In this document: piece by piece, positions 62,414-64,000 of the stretch
Numbering within the stretch: position 1 is the first letter of the stretch
Layout: every line of letters begins with the position of its first letter
NCBI GenBank assembly: GCA_002633005.1
Contig: NMRA01000140.1
Span: 124,001-188,000, forward strand
Length of the DNA: 64,000 bases
Reading direction: 5' to 3'
Origin: Phoronis australis
Taxonomy: Eukaryota > Animalia > Phoronida
Notes under the pieces: model-generated
Told to the model about the DNA's origin: nothing
Databases searched by the model: none
The model's input: the letters and a program-made list of their open reading frames with translations, nothing else
Made by a program: the position numbers and the translations under genes

Positions 62414-64000
62414 TTACTTGGCGATTCCAATGACACCGCAGGCCAGTCGGCCCCCAGCATTACCAGTGGTCTTGCTCAACTCGTGACCTCCCTTTCCCAG
62501 GTCATCCACGTCAGCATGAACCTATGAAAGATAGCATTTACAAACATGAAGTTAGGATATGATGGCCTACTGCACCATGGACATAGGATATTTTGAAAAG
62601 CAGAATTTGGAAATTATTGAAAATGGATATAGAAACAAAAAACCAGTAAGAATCATTTGAATTGCATGCGATCACAATGATACAGTACAGCAAGTACACA
62701 AATATTCTGTCAAGCCATAAGATGTGTCCACCATGTGCGTCACAAACAGTAAACATGCAAGTGATGCTCGGGTGCAATGATAAATTGCTACTAGGGGGAG
62801 CTACAGTAGTCAAATCTGTCCAAAAATCTCTAACCATGCTTCCTCAATAGGAACACTTAAGGCAAATTACATTTACAGAAACGTCAAAGAACTTGGAAGG
62901 TGTTGAGGCAAAAGCAAATTAACACCACAATTGCCACAAGGGAGCACAACAGTCGCCAGATCTGTTCAAAAATCACATAAAAATTATACTAACTTCACGA
63001 AGTTCCATCAAGGAACTTGTCAGATAACGAGGCAGGCACACACAAAAAATTGCCACTAGGAGTGCCAAAGTAGTCCATAAATTAAGAGCAGCTGTGCCCT
63101 CAAAAGAACCCATCCCAGATTTCATAAACATCCATCAAATCGTTCGTAGACGCAAAGAAAACTAAAATTACTGCTAGGCGTGCCACAGAATATTTGCCCT
63201 AAAATTAAGGACTGGAATGCTCTTCTCAATAAGAAAACATCTTCTAACTTTCATGATTCTTCAAATGAGTTTGACAAATGTGAAAGCTAACGCAAAAAAC
63301 AAGACACGACAATGGTAAAAATGTCCACTTTGGGGCCCAGAAAAGAATATAGGTTGAACCTGTTTGAAATTGGACAGCTGAAGTCATCATAGAAACTTAT
63401 TTCCAACTTTTATGAAGATGTAACAAGGAACTCGGTAGATATCGATATACACACAAACAAAAACTTAATTGCCATTAGGGGATGCTACAGTGGTCGAACT
63501 TGACCCAAATCAATGTCAGTCGTACTCTTCTCAATAGGAACAAAAAATACACCAAATTTCATGAAAATCCTGAGCGGCTGATAGTAAAACCAGTCTAAAA
63601 AACTAAAAATGGAGGCTATGGGGTTCAAAATACGTAAAATCTGTCTGAAGGAGCCACTGTCTCCTTAGTAGAAACCTTAGTTTCCCAAATTTGATGATAA
63701 TCCACCCAGCATATAGGTACATGCGGAACATGCAAAAAATAAATTGTCACAGTCACCGCAAAGCACAGTAGTGGTTGGAACCAACATAAAGTAGTCGTTG
63801 TCATCCTAAGTCAAGTTCACACACTTGCCAAATTTCACACAGACCCTTGCACTTCGGAGAAACAGTAGCAGGCGCCGGACAGAGATGGCAGCGATATAAA
63901 CAAAGCAATTGAATGCCTGCAGAGAGTACCTATTCCACTTACCACCATACATCTACCAATGACAGAGTCAGGACCAGCAAGGGTGACCAACTTATCTGTG
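62414..64000 (-). CDS. SOD1: Cu/Zn superoxide dismutase, last two exons (gene continues beyond the window)
   Basis: Exon >64000-63943 ([19 protein letters not shown]|gtaagt) plus exon 62521-62414 (ttcatag|[35 protein letters not shown]), the classic SOD1 C-terminal signature. Missed by the ORF track. Minus-strand AATAAA at 62327-62332. Confidence 0.96.
62690..63920 (+). mobile_element. Degenerate HINE-like element filling most of the last SOD1 intron
   Basis: Repeated aaattgccactagg...ccaaatttcatgaaaatcc subunits as in 12272-13925, ending near cggacagagatggc. Boundaries approximate. Confidence 0.6.

Overview
This is animal nuclear DNA: AT-rich, with GT-AG spliceosomal introns and two N gaps (1238-1761, 27656-27692). 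Repeat style and protein divergence suggest a marine invertebrate, possibly a mollusc or other lophotrochozoan, but that is inference. Most ORF-track entries are intronic noise, so genes were rebuilt by splicing exons by hand. Six protein-coding genes are supported: the 3' end of a Jelly belly/HEN-1-like LDLa protein (+), eIF1A (-), IBA57 (+), a GH99 endo-alpha-mannosidase MANEA (-), a 17-exon SCAF4/SCAF8 (+) and the 3' end of Cu/Zn SOD1 (-). The last five alternate head-to-head and tail-to-tail. Introns and intergenic DNA hold many non-autonomous elements: Helentron-type (HINE-like) elements, a hAT-type MITE with an 8-bp TSD, TA-flanked foldback MITEs, tRNA-derived SINE heads and minisatellites. 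The most notable observations are a duplicated 132-nt intronic H/ACA-snoRNA-like element in SCAF4/8, the convergent SCAF4-SOD1 pair that mirrors human chr21, and the Jeb-like ALK-ligand candidate. I found no evidence for a novel multi-gene system.
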